A DNA stretch of 64,000 nucleotides from Candidatus Omnitrophota bacterium (GCA_037146775.1 JBAWWL010000008.1:70160-134159); one strand, 5' to 3'; shown: positions 20,090 through 29,211, numbered from the stretch's first letter. A program made the numbers and translations. The notes: generated by a model not told the origin, from the sequence alone.

Positions 20090-20488
20090 ATGAGAATGTA
20101 TTTATTTAAAAGGATAATGTGGTTTCTCGGAGGGATTATTACGGGGTTCATATCATCTTTTTATATTCTTGTACCTATATTTTGTTCACTCCAAATACCC
20201 GTCTATTTACAATGTAGTATTATCATTATCATTGTGACAATTGTGCTTTTGCTATTTTCTAAGAAAAATAGAATATTCTTTTATAGTTTCCTTATTTCAT
20301 TTATTATTGGGACGATTCCATGTATTGTGTTTTATTATGTGTTTGGAGGTGGCAGTTTTCCTAACCCCGATGGCGGTTCTGGCAGGATGAGTCGGGAAGA
20401 ACAGTTAGAATTAGAAAGAAATCAACAAGAATACAAACCAGACCCAAGCAGAATTAAAATAATACAACTGAAATCAAAAAATGATTAA
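20090..20488 (+). CDS. small membrane protein
   Basis: 132 aa, 3-4 TM, Gly-rich C-terminal tail. Confidence 0.45.
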   Translation: MRMYLFKRIMWFLGGIITGFISSFYILVPIFCSLQIPVYLQCSIIIIIVTIVLLLFSKKNRIFFYSFLISFIIGTIPCIVFYYVFGGGSFPNPDGGSGRMSREEQLELERNQQEYKPDPSRIKIIQLKSKND

Positions 20489-20519
20489 GGAAATGGTAAT
20501 GTTTTTTTTCTTTAATGGT

Positions 20520-20549
20520 ATGAAATCCCAAACAAAGAAAATCATAGCG
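20520..20549 (+). repeat. 5' module copy 7 (mini-ORF MKSQTKKIIAREAKLAYIGKKEETYELVFPSA)
   Basis: The leader ORF overlaps the RBS and start of the DUF805 gene. Confidence 0.85.
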
Positions 20550-20592
20550 AGAGAGGCAAAGCTAGCATATATCGGAAAAAAGGAGGAGACCT

Positions 20593-20937
20593 ATGAATTG
20601 GTATTTCCAAGTGCTTAAGAAGTACGCAGTATTTAGCGGTCGTGCTAGACGGAAAGAGTACTGGATGTTCTTAATTTTTAACTTGAGTGTCTGCTTTGTA
20701 TTAGGTTTCATAGAAGGGTTTTCCGGTATTACGCCAAAGGGAAACCACAGTGTTTTGGGCAGGATTTATGTATTGGCTGTCTTGATTCCGATCATTGCCG
20801 TTGCTATCCGCAGAATGCACGACACTGACCATCGCGGATGGTGGATACTCGTTCCGATTGTCAGCTGGGTTTTCCTCTGTTTAGATAGTACCCCCGGAAA
20901 CAATAGATTCGGACCTAACCCCAAGGCTATCTCTTAA
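20593..20937 (+). CDS. DUF805-family inner membrane protein
   Basis: MNWYFQVLKKYAVFSGRARRKEYW motif and 3 TM typical of DUF805 (YhaH-like). Confidence 0.65.
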   Translation: MNWYFQVLKKYAVFSGRARRKEYWMFLIFNLSVCFVLGFIEGFSGITPKGNHSVLGRIYVLAVLIPIIAVAIRRMHDTDHRGWWILVPIVSWVFLCLDSTPGNNRFGPNPKAIS

Positions 20938-20945
20938 CTTGTTTT

Positions 20946-21012
20946 CATCATTTGGGCGGTAAGGACGATAAGATAAAAGGATTTAGGTAAAGATATTTAG
21001 GGGGGATATACG
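20946..21012 (+). repeat. 3' module copy e, followed by a degenerate 5' module
   Basis: CATCATTTGGGCGGTAAGGACGATAAGATAAAAGGATTTAGGTAAAGATATTTAGGGGGGATATACGAAACCTCCAATACAG. Confidence 0.85.
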
Positions 21013-21073
21013 AAACCTCCAATACAGATTCCGTATATTAATTGTTAGATTTAATAAATAAGATAAAAAAATA

Positions 21074-21436
21074 ATGGCGAAATGTTTTAACTGTGGCAAA
21101 GAAATTGGTTTATCTTGGATTTGGAAAAAGCGGATGGTCCACGCGCCTCTTACTCTCCGACGATATACTCATAAGATAGTAGGCTTACCATTTTTTTATT
21201 GCCCCGATTGCGGAACAGAAATTCAACCTTCCGCAATCACAATGTGTGTTTATAGCGTTATAGTAATGGGTGGAACGTTGGGAACCTCGTGGCTGATTGT
21301 TCTGTTTGGCGATAAAAAACAGGTTAACATTATTAGCATAACAGTGATTTTTATATTTTTTGCTGTACTTGGTAACTTATGGTGGAAATTTTTCGGCAAA
21401 TTAAAAGAACCATATCAATTTCCTTGGGAAAAGTAG
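21074..21436 (+). CDS. zinc-ribbon membrane protein
   Basis: CFNCGKEI...YCPDCGTEI ribbon then 2 TM. Confidence 0.5.
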   Translation: MAKCFNCGKEIGLSWIWKKRMVHAPLTLRRYTHKIVGLPFFYCPDCGTEIQPSAITMCVYSVIVMGGTLGTSWLIVLFGDKKQVNIISITVIFIFFAVLGNLWWKFFGKLKEPYQFPWEK

Positions 21437-21494
21437 TAATTAAATAAAAATCTAACAAGGCAATCCAGCGGACTAAAATAAGGGAGCAGTTTAA

Positions 21495-21524
21495 ATGAAA
21501 CTTCAAACAAAGAAAATCATAGCG
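21495..21524 (+). repeat. 5' module copy 8 (mini-ORF MKLQTKKIIARRRG)
   Basis: Preceded by GGGAGCAGTTTAA; AGGAGGGG RBS for the 21536 ORF. Confidence 0.9.
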
Positions 21525-21535
21525 AGAAGGAGGGG

Positions 21536-21805
21536 ATGATGGAGAAGAAATGCTCGGTTGGGATAAGAATATTTAGCATAATAGGATTACTTTATGTGTC
21601 CTTTTTTCATTTAATACCTTTATTTTACTATGCTCGGATGAATAATTTTATTCATTTAATTTTCTTAGCTTTCTCCATAATTCTAATAATTAGCTTAATA
21701 TTTATGTTAAAAATGAAAAACTGGGCAAGAATAGTATTTGTTTCCCTTATGATTATCCAATGTTTATCTGTGTTTCCAACTATAATCGAGGATTTTAGAA
21801 AATAA
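21536..21805 (+). CDS. small membrane protein
   Basis: 89 aa, 3 TM; its 3' end is tagged by the GGGGTCAGACC... repeat. Confidence 0.45.
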   Translation: MMEKKCSVGIRIFSIIGLLYVSFFHLIPLFYYARMNNFIHLIFLAFSIILIISLIFMLKMKNWARIVFVSLMIIQCLSVFPTIIEDFRK

Positions 21806-21811
21806 GATAGA

Positions 21812-21836
21812 GGGGTCAGACCTTCAGATGTCAGAT
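21812..21836 (+). repeat. GGGGTCAGACCTTCAGATGTCAGAT repeat copy 1
   Basis: Identical 25-26-mer at 21812, 23456 and 26039, each at a gene 3' end. Confidence 0.9.
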
Positions 21837-22089
21837 AGATCGCAAAAATGAATTATTTATCAACCAAAGCCCACCTCCGGGGTGGGATTTGGTTGAGGTT
21901 TATAGATTAAACAAAATTAAAAATTATCCATGCCCGACGATCCACTTGATGAATTTCTAGGATATGATTTTGCAGTGGGCGCGGATAACATAAAATGTTC
22001 CCATTGTGGTTACAACATATCGCGTAGCTTATTCTTCGAAGACGATGACGAAGAAATCAAATGTCCTAAGTGCGGCGGAAAAATAGAAA

Positions 22090-22383
22090 ATGATGGATAA
22101 AAGACACGTAATATCTTTTTTGCTGGTATTAATTTATTTTGTTTCCCTGTCTTATAGTAAAGAGCTGCCAAAAAAGAATATTCCCCAAGAGCTGCAATTG
22201 CTCGGTTTTACTCAAGAAAAGTTGGTTGATTACAGACGTGCTAAAGGAAATATCGAATACTTCACTTTCTTTGATTGGACTACAGAGAGGAAGGGAGATA
22301 CCATTACTTTCATAGTCGAGAGAGGTCAGATAACAGGAAAGTTTAAGGATAAAGATAGGAAAGATTCAGGTAGGGATATTTAA
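22090..22383 (+). CDS. small secreted protein (paralog of 16459..16731)
   Basis: 97 aa. Different signal peptide from its paralog but a near-identical mature region. Confidence 0.6.
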   Translation: MMDKRHVISFLLVLIYFVSLSYSKELPKKNIPQELQLLGFTQEKLVDYRRAKGNIEYFTFFDWTTERKGDTITFIVERGQITGKFKDKDRKDSGRDI

Positions 22384-22394
22384 AAGGAGGATAT

Positions 22395-22625
22395 ATGAAA
22401 CTCGAAACAAAGAAAATCATAGCAAGCGAATGGTTGATTTTGTTATGTTTAATAATTACTTTTTATTCATCTTTGGCATTGTACAGGGAAATAACCTTAC
22501 GGTATGACCAAATTTTAACTCCTATTTATTTCTGGAGGCATTTTGGTTTAATGTACACAGCTTATTTTATCATTCGCTTTACAATCTGGGCGGTGAGGAC
22601 GCTAAGGCAGAAGGATGTAAAATGA
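22395..22625 (+). CDS. small membrane protein, second intact member of the module-bounded family (MKLETKKIIA...FTIWAVRTLRQKDVK)
   Basis: 76 aa. 5' module copy 9 forms the N-terminus and 3' module copy f the C-terminus. Confidence 0.6.
   Translation: MKLETKKIIASEWLILLCLIITFYSSLALYREITLRYDQILTPIYFWRHFGLMYTAYFIIRFTIWAVRTLRQKDVK
22583..22624 (+). repeat. 3' module copy f (coding, in frame)
   Basis: CAATCTGGGCGGTGAGGACGCTAAGGCAGAAGGATG. Confidence 0.85.
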
Positions 22626-22918
22626 GATTGGGCAATAAAATTGGATTGTTGATTATAATTATAATTCCAGTATGGATATTTATAAGAGCCCAGTTAATTT
22701 ATACAGAAGGTCCAAAAATAGTTAAGAGGATAGAAGAATATAAGGTTAGATATAAAACATACCCAGAAACATTAGGGCAGATGAATATAAGGAGTATACT
22801 TTCTCCGATATATATGTATTCTAAAAACGATGACAAATTTAGCTTAATGTATTCTATATTTATATTTTCAAGATGGTATTATGATTCCAATGATAAAAAA
22901 TGGAAGACCATGGATTAA
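22622..22918 (+). CDS. small N-terminally anchored protein
   Basis: 98 aa, one TM. Confidence 0.4.
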   Translation: MRLGNKIGLLIIIIIPVWIFIRAQLIYTEGPKIVKRIEEYKVRYKTYPETLGQMNIRSILSPIYMYSKNDDKFSLMYSIFIFSRWYYDSNDKKWKTMD

Positions 22919-22984
22919 ATGTTAACTAAAAAATTATTGGATATTTATAAAACTGCGAAAGAATATTTTACTCGTCCGTTTCAT

Positions 22985-23015
22985 CGCCTGGGCGGTGAGG
23001 GCGAAAGATAAAATG
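22985..23015 (+). repeat. 3' module copy g (truncated)
   Basis: CGCCTGGGCGGTGAGGGCGAAAGATAAAATG; runs into the start of the 22995 ORF. Confidence 0.75.
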
Positions 23016-23432
23016 AAAAAACTAATCGGTTTATTGATATTAGTTGTATTGATTGATGGGTATACTGCAAGAATTGATGCTGCGAGCAATGGAAGTGAAG
23101 CATCTAATTATGAGTACAGCGATAATGATATTCCGGCTGTTTGTTTTTTCCCGGTAGAAAAGGCAAGATGGAGTGGCTACGGCGTTACCAACAATGATTG
23201 GGGAAAGCTGACTGATTATCAAAAAACTATGTTTATCTCAGAAGGGATAGAAGAAATTAAACGAATCGAAACGGGTAAAGTTACGGTAAATATTCAGGAA
23301 GAAGGGGCAGCTTTGCTTATTGCCACGAACGAAAGGGTTTTCCGTCTTCAGGAAGAATACCCCGGCCTTGATGTAGGAATGATAAAGTTTCTACGCGATA
23401 TGTTGCAAGATATGGGAAAAATAAAAGAATAA
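22995..23432 (+). CDS. hypothetical secreted protein
   Basis: 145 aa with signal peptide; 3' end tagged by the GTCAGA repeat. Confidence 0.45.
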   Translation: MRAKDKMKKLIGLLILVVLIDGYTARIDAASNGSEASNYEYSDNDIPAVCFFPVEKARWSGYGVTNNDWGKLTDYQKTMFISEGIEEIKRIETGKVTVNIQEEGAALLIATNERVFRLQEEYPGLDVGMIKFLRDMLQDMGKIKE

Positions 23433-23455
23433 ATAAGTCATATAGTGGGGTCAGA

Positions 23456-23480
23456 CCTTCAGATGTCAGATGAATAAAAA
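23456..23480 (+). repeat. GGGGTCAGACCTTCAGATGTCAGAT repeat copy 2
   Basis: Exact copy. Confidence 0.9.
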
Positions 23481-23625
23481 AATACATGATCCCAGCCTAC
23501 GAAGATACTGCGAAATTCTTTTCGATCATTTCACGATGTTTAGCGGGGTTAATGCCAGTGAGACTGTCTTTTTTTTAGACAAAGCGAAAAACATATAGTC
23601 AGATTACCATTAAGGAGGCAAAAGA

Positions 23626-24285
23626 ATGAAGTACTTTGAAGTTCCTCGGCCGGCAGGAAACGGACTCTGTTCGGACAAGAACTGTCCTTGTTCGGAAACG
23701 GTAATCTTGCGAGGCAGCGGTTATTTGTATATTAGCCAGGAGCTCGTGGATTTTCGCCAGGATTGTCTTAGTTATGAGCAACTTCAGGCTAAGTTAGAGG
23801 CGATGGCTAAATCCGACCCGTTAAACAATCATGGCTCTTCCGGATTCGTGCGTTTCTTACCCCCCGGCACTACCAGTCCGATTATGATGTGTAAGCAAGG
23901 CGCTACGCTTAGGGGGTTAGACCTCGGGGTGGCTGCCGCTGATGCAAAATATTGGTGGAAAACCGGTCTGGTGCCGCTTCGAGTGACTCCGATTGCTACT
24001 GGCGGTATGGCGAATCCTGAAAATATACAGTCTACTATTAGCCAACTAAACGAATCAGCTTCTCGCGAAAGATTTCAGGGTAAAAAGGTTTGCGTAGTAT
24101 GCAATAGCGATATTTCTACAGGAGTTATTCAATGTGCTAACTGCGGCAGTTCACGCTTTAATTACATCTCGGATAAAATAGAAACTATACCAACAGATTC
24201 CGAACGACAATCGAAACTGCCAGAGGAAAAACAAAAAAAGTGGTGGCAGTTCTGGAAAACATCCAAAATCTTATCCGCAAAATAA
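23626..24285 (+). CDS. hypothetical protein with Cys-rich N- and C-terminal segments
   Basis: 219 aa; CxxC pairs (CSDKNCPC...CVVCNSD...CANCGS); RBS AAGGAGG upstream. Confidence 0.45.
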   Translation: MKYFEVPRPAGNGLCSDKNCPCSETVILRGSGYLYISQELVDFRQDCLSYEQLQAKLEAMAKSDPLNNHGSSGFVRFLPPGTTSPIMMCKQGATLRGLDLGVAAADAKYWWKTGLVPLRVTPIATGGMANPENIQSTISQLNESASRERFQGKKVCVVCNSDISTGVIQCANCGSSRFNYISDKIETIPTDSERQSKLPEEKQKKWWQFWKTSKILSAK

Positions 24286-24445
24286 TAACGGGGTTAGATC
24301 GTAAAATGCGAAGTGTATCGCGGCGAGCATATAGCAAAATTAAAAAATATGAGTTATGTGCATGTAATTTTCAAAACAAAAAAACTAATTTCTTTAGATC
24401 TTAAGGTTTCTCTATTGCTCCACCGCCATATAATTTATAAATTGA

Positions 24446-26065
24446 ATGGTTAGAAAAGAACATAAAATCTTATTATTGTCTTTATTTTTTACTACAGGCA
24501 TTTTGTTATATTCCTTCGGTGTCCAGATAGGGAATCTTTGCGGCAATGGTGTCTGTCAGGTAGGTGAGAATTCCGGAAATTGTCAGGCAGATTGCAGGCC
24601 CAGAAAAATAACACAGGATCCTTTCGGCATTTTTGTGCCTTATCTTACAAAAAACTCGATAAGTATGATCAACGAACTTGCTGTTGACGCAAGAACCATC
24701 GTTATGTGGGATTGGATTACACCGAGGAAAATTACGGCTTTTGATGATTTTATTTCTCAAGTTAAAACGAATGTGGTGCTTACCTTAGGTGGGGCTAAGA
24801 AATTTTCTTCCGGCGGGGGTTTTCCGCTTCCGCGAGGAAAAGATCTCGAAGAATGGAAAACGATGGTTGCAAGATTAGTCGAAAGATACGATGGGGATAA
24901 CGATTGGGGATGTGCTTTAAATCAGCCGGACTGCTATAATCCCGGAGACGGACTTTACCCAAATAATGATTTTCAAGAAGCAATCAAGAAAAGGCCAATT
25001 AAATATTGGCAGATAGAAAATGAATGGCTTTGGGAGATCAAAGATCCCGACAACCCGCAACGTCGGGCTTCCAATGAGAGCATGTTGGACTATTTTCTAC
25101 AAATCAGAAAAGTTATCAAGGATAGAGACTCCCGGGCTAAGATAGTTTTGGGTGCTTCTACTACTTCCCATTTTTCCGCAGGTGCGGATGGCTATAGTCC
25201 CGACAATTGCATTGAGTGGGGGGATTTAGATTGTAAATATGAAAAACTTTCTTTGGATGCGCTGCGGCCAAAAGCACGCTTGAAATTAAAGGAGATGCGG
25301 GAAAGGGATATTTTCTTTATGAAAAAAGCTGCGCCGTATTATGATGTTTTTGATTTCCATATCTATGGAAATAATCTTTTGGATATTGCTTATGTGGTTG
25401 GCTGGTTTAACAAAATAATGCATGAAAATAATATTGCAGGTAAGGCAATCTGGAGTACAGAAATAGCTAAGCCATATTTTTTCTTTCCTTTAATGGGCCT
25501 GCCTAGACCGGATTGTGCCACGGATGACAAATTATTTTATCCCAACGGGCCGCGGCCGATTAAAACAGCATATGATAGTAGTATACATTCGAGTTACCTG
25601 GTTAAGCTTTTTGTCATTGGGATAGACAGCGGTGTAGAGAAAATGTTTTATGCCGGCTTGCACCCGATTTTTAACCTCAATGATAATTTTTGTAAACTAT
25701 CCCTCACTAATGAAAGAGATGAGAAAAAACCGGCATATTACACTTATAAATTAATGCGGGAAAAGCTAGCTGGATGCACAGACGTAGAAAAATTAGCCGA
25801 CCATACCTATAAGTTTTCTTTTGGGAATAAGAAACCAGTCTTTGTTGTATGGGGCGACTCCGGAAATAAAACTATCGACTTATCGCGTTATATTGGCGCA
25901 AAAAAAATAAAAGTTACACGTATTATTACCGAGAACGGTAAGACTGACCAAGATGCGTTGGTAGAGACTTTACCTGTGAGCCAGATAGAAATTTCGGTGA
26001 CGCCTGTTTTTATCGAAGAGGCAGATAAGGAAAATGACGGGGTCAGACCTTCAGATGTCAGATAA
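24446..26065 (+). CDS. secreted glycoside-hydrolase-like (TIM-barrel) protein
   Basis: 539 aa, signal anchor, Cys-rich linker. WQIENEW resembles the GH5/GH39-type catalytic NE(P/W) strand. C-terminus VRPSDVR is encoded by GTCAGA repeat copy 3. Confidence 0.4.
   Translation: MVRKEHKILLLSLFFTTGILLYSFGVQIGNLCGNGVCQVGENSGNCQADCRPRKITQDPFGIFVPYLTKNSISMINELAVDARTIVMWDWITPRKITAFDDFISQVKTNVVLTLGGAKKFSSGGGFPLPRGKDLEEWKTMVARLVERYDGDNDWGCALNQPDCYNPGDGLYPNNDFQEAIKKRPIKYWQIENEWLWEIKDPDNPQRRASNESMLDYFLQIRKVIKDRDSRAKIVLGASTTSHFSAGADGYSPDNCIEWGDLDCKYEKLSLDALRPKARLKLKEMRERDIFFMKKAAPYYDVFDFHIYGNNLLDIAYVVGWFNKIMHENNIAGKAIWSTEIAKPYFFFPLMGLPRPDCATDDKLFYPNGPRPIKTAYDSSIHSSYLVKLFVIGIDSGVEKMFYAGLHPIFNLNDNFCKLSLTNERDEKKPAYYTYKLMREKLAGCTDVEKLADHTYKFSFGNKKPVFVVWGDSGNKTIDLSRYIGAKKIKVTRIITENGKTDQDALVETLPVSQIEISVTPVFIEEADKENDGVRPSDVR
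26039..26063 (+). repeat. GGGGTCAGACCTTCAGATGTCAGAT repeat copy 3
   Basis: Exact copy, forming the last codons of the 24446 ORF. Confidence 0.9.
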
Positions 26066-26303
26066 ATAGGAAAAAGTGTTTTATATTCAAGATCCGGTTA
26101 GACGAAATTGACAATTTTTTCAAGGAGTTAATGATCCAATCATTTTTTGCGAACAGCACATATAAATCCATTTCCCGAAATTAGATAATTCCGATAACCC
26201 TACGATTTTGCGAGTCGTAGGGTTCTCTCTTTTTATGGGGATTTGTACCAATCCATGCATTTTTGGTATATAATAGAAAGATAAAAGACATTCAAGCAAA
26301 AAC

Positions 26304-27497
26304 ATGGACATATTTAAAGACAGATTATTATTGATTACTTGCGGTCGAGGCGTAGTTCCTTATCTGCGCCAGGAAGTAGAGCAACTCGGATATAAGGTGT
26401 TGTCTACTCATGATACCGGTTTAGAAGTGGATGCCTCGTTTGAGGATGCAGCCAAACTGAATCTTTGTTTACGTACCGCCCTGCGCGTGCAATATTTACT
26501 CAAAAAGTTTCTCTGTCGTAACCCGGATCAACTTTATCGGGAGGTGGTCTCAATACCATGGGAAGAGGTAATGGCTGTTTCCGAATACTTGAGTGTGGTA
26601 TCGGTCACTAAAACCGTGAATGTTAACAATTCTATGTTTGCAAGCCAAAAAGTTAAAGATGCGATTGTCGATCGGATGGTTGAGAAGTGTGGAGATCGGC
26701 CATGTTCCGGCCCGAAACGCGATAATGTGGTTGTTCATCTTTACTGGAAGGACGATTACTGTTGGCTGTATCTGGATACTTCCGGTAACAAACTTTCCGA
26801 CCGTACCTACCGAAAAATTCCGCATACAGCACCGTTACAGGAAACGCTTGCTGCGGCATTATTGCTTGCCGCCGGCTACAAAGGTTCGGTTCCTTTAGTT
26901 AACCCCATGTGCGGAAGCGGTACCCTTGCTATTGAAGCAGCACTTATTGCTTTGCGTTACGCACCAGGGCTGCTGCGGAATAATTTTGGCTTAATGCATG
27001 TGAAGAATTTTAACGCTACTAAATGGGTTGCTTTGCGCAAAGAATTACAGGCAGATATGCTCACGCGTATGCCGGTTCGTATTATTGCTTCGGACATTGA
27101 TAAACACGCAATTGAAATAGCGAAGGCAAATGCTCGGGCGGCCGGAGTCGATAAAATGATCGAGTTCTATGTGTGCGATTTTACCGACACACCGTTACCC
27201 CCGGAAAAAGGCATTGTTATTCTTAATCCGGAATATGGCCTTAGGATGGGGCAAGATAAAGAGTTGGGGCAAATCTACGAAAGTATAGGAGACTTTTTTA
27301 AGCAGAAATGCGCAGGGTTTACCGGCTATATTATTACCGGCAATCTCCTCGGCGCAAAACAGGTTGGATTGAGGACTAGCCGTAAACTTATATTTTTTAA
27401 CGCTCAGATAGAGTGCCGGCTTCTGGAATATCCGTTATATGCAAGTGATAAAAAAACTGTGCAGGAAAATAGTACGTTGGACAATGATAAGGTGTGA
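26304..27497 (+). CDS. THUMP-domain class I SAM-dependent RNA methyltransferase (RlmL/RlmK N-terminal-domain-like, COG0116)
   Basis: VNPMCGSGTLAIEAA (SAM motif I) and NPEYGLR (NPPY-type motif IV) with THUMP-like N-terminal domain. Confidence 0.7.
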   Translation: MDIFKDRLLLITCGRGVVPYLRQEVEQLGYKVLSTHDTGLEVDASFEDAAKLNLCLRTALRVQYLLKKFLCRNPDQLYREVVSIPWEEVMAVSEYLSVVSVTKTVNVNNSMFASQKVKDAIVDRMVEKCGDRPCSGPKRDNVVVHLYWKDDYCWLYLDTSGNKLSDRTYRKIPHTAPLQETLAAALLLAAGYKGSVPLVNPMCGSGTLAIEAALIALRYAPGLLRNNFGLMHVKNFNATKWVALRKELQADMLTRMPVRIIASDIDKHAIEIAKANARAAGVDKMIEFYVCDFTDTPLPPEKGIVILNPEYGLRMGQDKELGQIYESIGDFFKQKCAGFTGYIITGNLLGAKQVGLRTSRKLIFFNAQIECRLLEYPLYASDKKTVQENSTLDNDKV

Positions 27498-27591
27498 TAG
27501 GGGATAAGCCGCAAATTTTTTTCAGTGTTTTTTATTTACAGAAAATGTTGTAAGCGAGGTATGACAGGGAGATACGGGGGGTGGATAACGG

Positions 27592-28710
27592 ATGATTTTC
27601 GATACATTCCTGTTTTTTAATGAAATTGATTTACTGAAGATTCGATTAGAGGAATTAAAAAATAAGGTAGACAAGTTTGTCGTAGTCGAAGCAACTCGGA
27701 CTTTTGCTTTCAGGGAAAAACCGCTCTATTTTCAGGAATATAAGCATGAGTTTAAGGAGTATCTTGACAGGATAGTTTATTACTTAATCGATGATACGCC
27801 GCCGATAAAACTTTACAATCGATGGAGTATCGATAGGTATCAGCGAGATTGCATTTCGAAAGCGCTGGTACGGTGTGGTTGCCACGATAACGATGTTATA
27901 TTGATATCCGACGCTGATGAGATTCCGCGTGCCAGTAAAATAAGTGAAGCAGAAAAGCTATTGCAGGATCATGATTTTGTTGTTTTTGACCAAAAGTTTT
28001 ATGTGTATTATCTAAACTATATTCATAGGGATTATTTTTGTGGTACGGTTGCGTGTAAATACGGCACTTTAAAAAAACTTCCAAGTATTGATGCGGTGAG
28101 ATGGGGAAGGGGCGCTGCAAGGGGGCTAAGTATTGAACAGAGAGCCGGGGTTGTAAAAAAGTACGCCGACACCCGCTACCCGCATATTTCTGATGGCGGT
28201 TGGCATTTTACATCATTTGGAGGCCCGGATTCAACCTTATACAAGGTTCAGAATTTCGCCCATAAAGAATTAGATAAAAGTGCGCTCAAAGGATTACCTT
28301 ATATTAGACATACTATCGGCAGATCTAATCTACAGAATAGCCGTGTATTAGCGCAGAAGTATAGAAAACTTCAAGCGCAAACTTACCCGCATTACCGTGA
28401 TTTTGTCGAAATCCCATTATCTTCGGACAAAGATTTTCCCGTGGACGACGACCTTCCTGATTATTTGAAAAGCAACAAAGAAAAATATAAACATTTTTTT
28501 AAATTTATTGAACCATATTGCGATTCCGAGGCAGACATCAAATATTTTGGGACATTGCAGACCATAAAAATGTGGCTTCTGGAGGCTCCCATGAGTCTAG
28601 TATATTTCTTTGCGAAGATATTGAGAAATGCATTTCCTAAGGCGTATGCTGCGTTACGAAACTCAAGAGATGTGCACGCAAGACGCGGCAAGAAATCACC
28701 CCCTTGTTGA
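27592..28710 (+). CDS. glycosyltransferase family 17-like protein
   Basis: N-terminus MIFDTFLFFNEIDLLKIRLEEL...KFVVVEATRTF matches the conserved start of GT17 (MGAT3-like) bacterial homologs. Confidence 0.55.
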   Translation: MIFDTFLFFNEIDLLKIRLEELKNKVDKFVVVEATRTFAFREKPLYFQEYKHEFKEYLDRIVYYLIDDTPPIKLYNRWSIDRYQRDCISKALVRCGCHDNDVILISDADEIPRASKISEAEKLLQDHDFVVFDQKFYVYYLNYIHRDYFCGTVACKYGTLKKLPSIDAVRWGRGAARGLSIEQRAGVVKKYADTRYPHISDGGWHFTSFGGPDSTLYKVQNFAHKELDKSALKGLPYIRHTIGRSNLQNSRVLAQKYRKLQAQTYPHYRDFVEIPLSSDKDFPVDDDLPDYLKSNKEKYKHFFKFIEPYCDSEADIKYFGTLQTIKMWLLEAPMSLVYFFAKILRNAFPKAYAALRNSRDVHARRGKKSPPC

Positions 28711-28854
28711 ACCAACAGTAGATTTTTGTACCTTTTATATTTCAAACTTGCCGGAAAACCGCTGCGTATGGAAATATATGTGGTTTGGCGTTTAGGCATA
28801 AAATTTTACTATTATGGAGAGAGGGTGGTATAATAGTAAAACCACAATAAAAAC

Positions 28855-29019
28855 ATGGCAAAGAAAATTAAATCATATAAAAAAGGTAGAATTTGTAAAT
28901 TTGCTGGTTGCAAAAACATTTTAAGTATGTACAATGCAGAAATTTTTTGTCATATTCATCGGCGTGCAGCAACTCCGACAAGTTCTTCTAAGATATCCAG
29001 TCGTCCGCATTATGCATGA
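28855..29019 (+). CDS. small Cys/His-rich protein (54 aa), not in ORF track
   Basis: Extended -10 TGGTATAAT at 28826-28834, then ATG; encodes MAKKIKSYKKGRICKFAGCKNIL...CHIH. Confidence 0.3.
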   Translation: MAKKIKSYKKGRICKFAGCKNILSMYNAEIFCHIHRRAATPTSSSKISSRPHYA

Positions 29020-29211
29020 ATGCAGCCTATCCTGTAATCAGCTTATTACAATATGTTAGTTTTTCCACCTCGACGCGTTTTTAATGCGGCAGTATTATTT
29101 TTTTCAATTAGGCATATAGCAGCGCAAAAGCGAGCTTAAAGACTTGGTTGTGTCCTGGATAAATTTCCAATAAAGAAGGCATATTTAAACGAAGGTAGCC
29201 TGCAAGGAGGC

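Noticed and set aside
13200-23020. CRISPR array as explanation for the regularly spaced repeats
   Set aside because: Repeats are 30-60 nt of two different kinds. The intervening segments are 200-700 bp and contain complete RBS-preceded ORFs. No cas genes are present and the repeats are partly coding.
13200-23020. Integron cassette array (attC sites)
   Set aside because: The 3' module lacks the imperfect inverted-repeat (R''-L''/L'-R') structure of attC and no intI gene is adjacent. It is kept only as a loose analogy.
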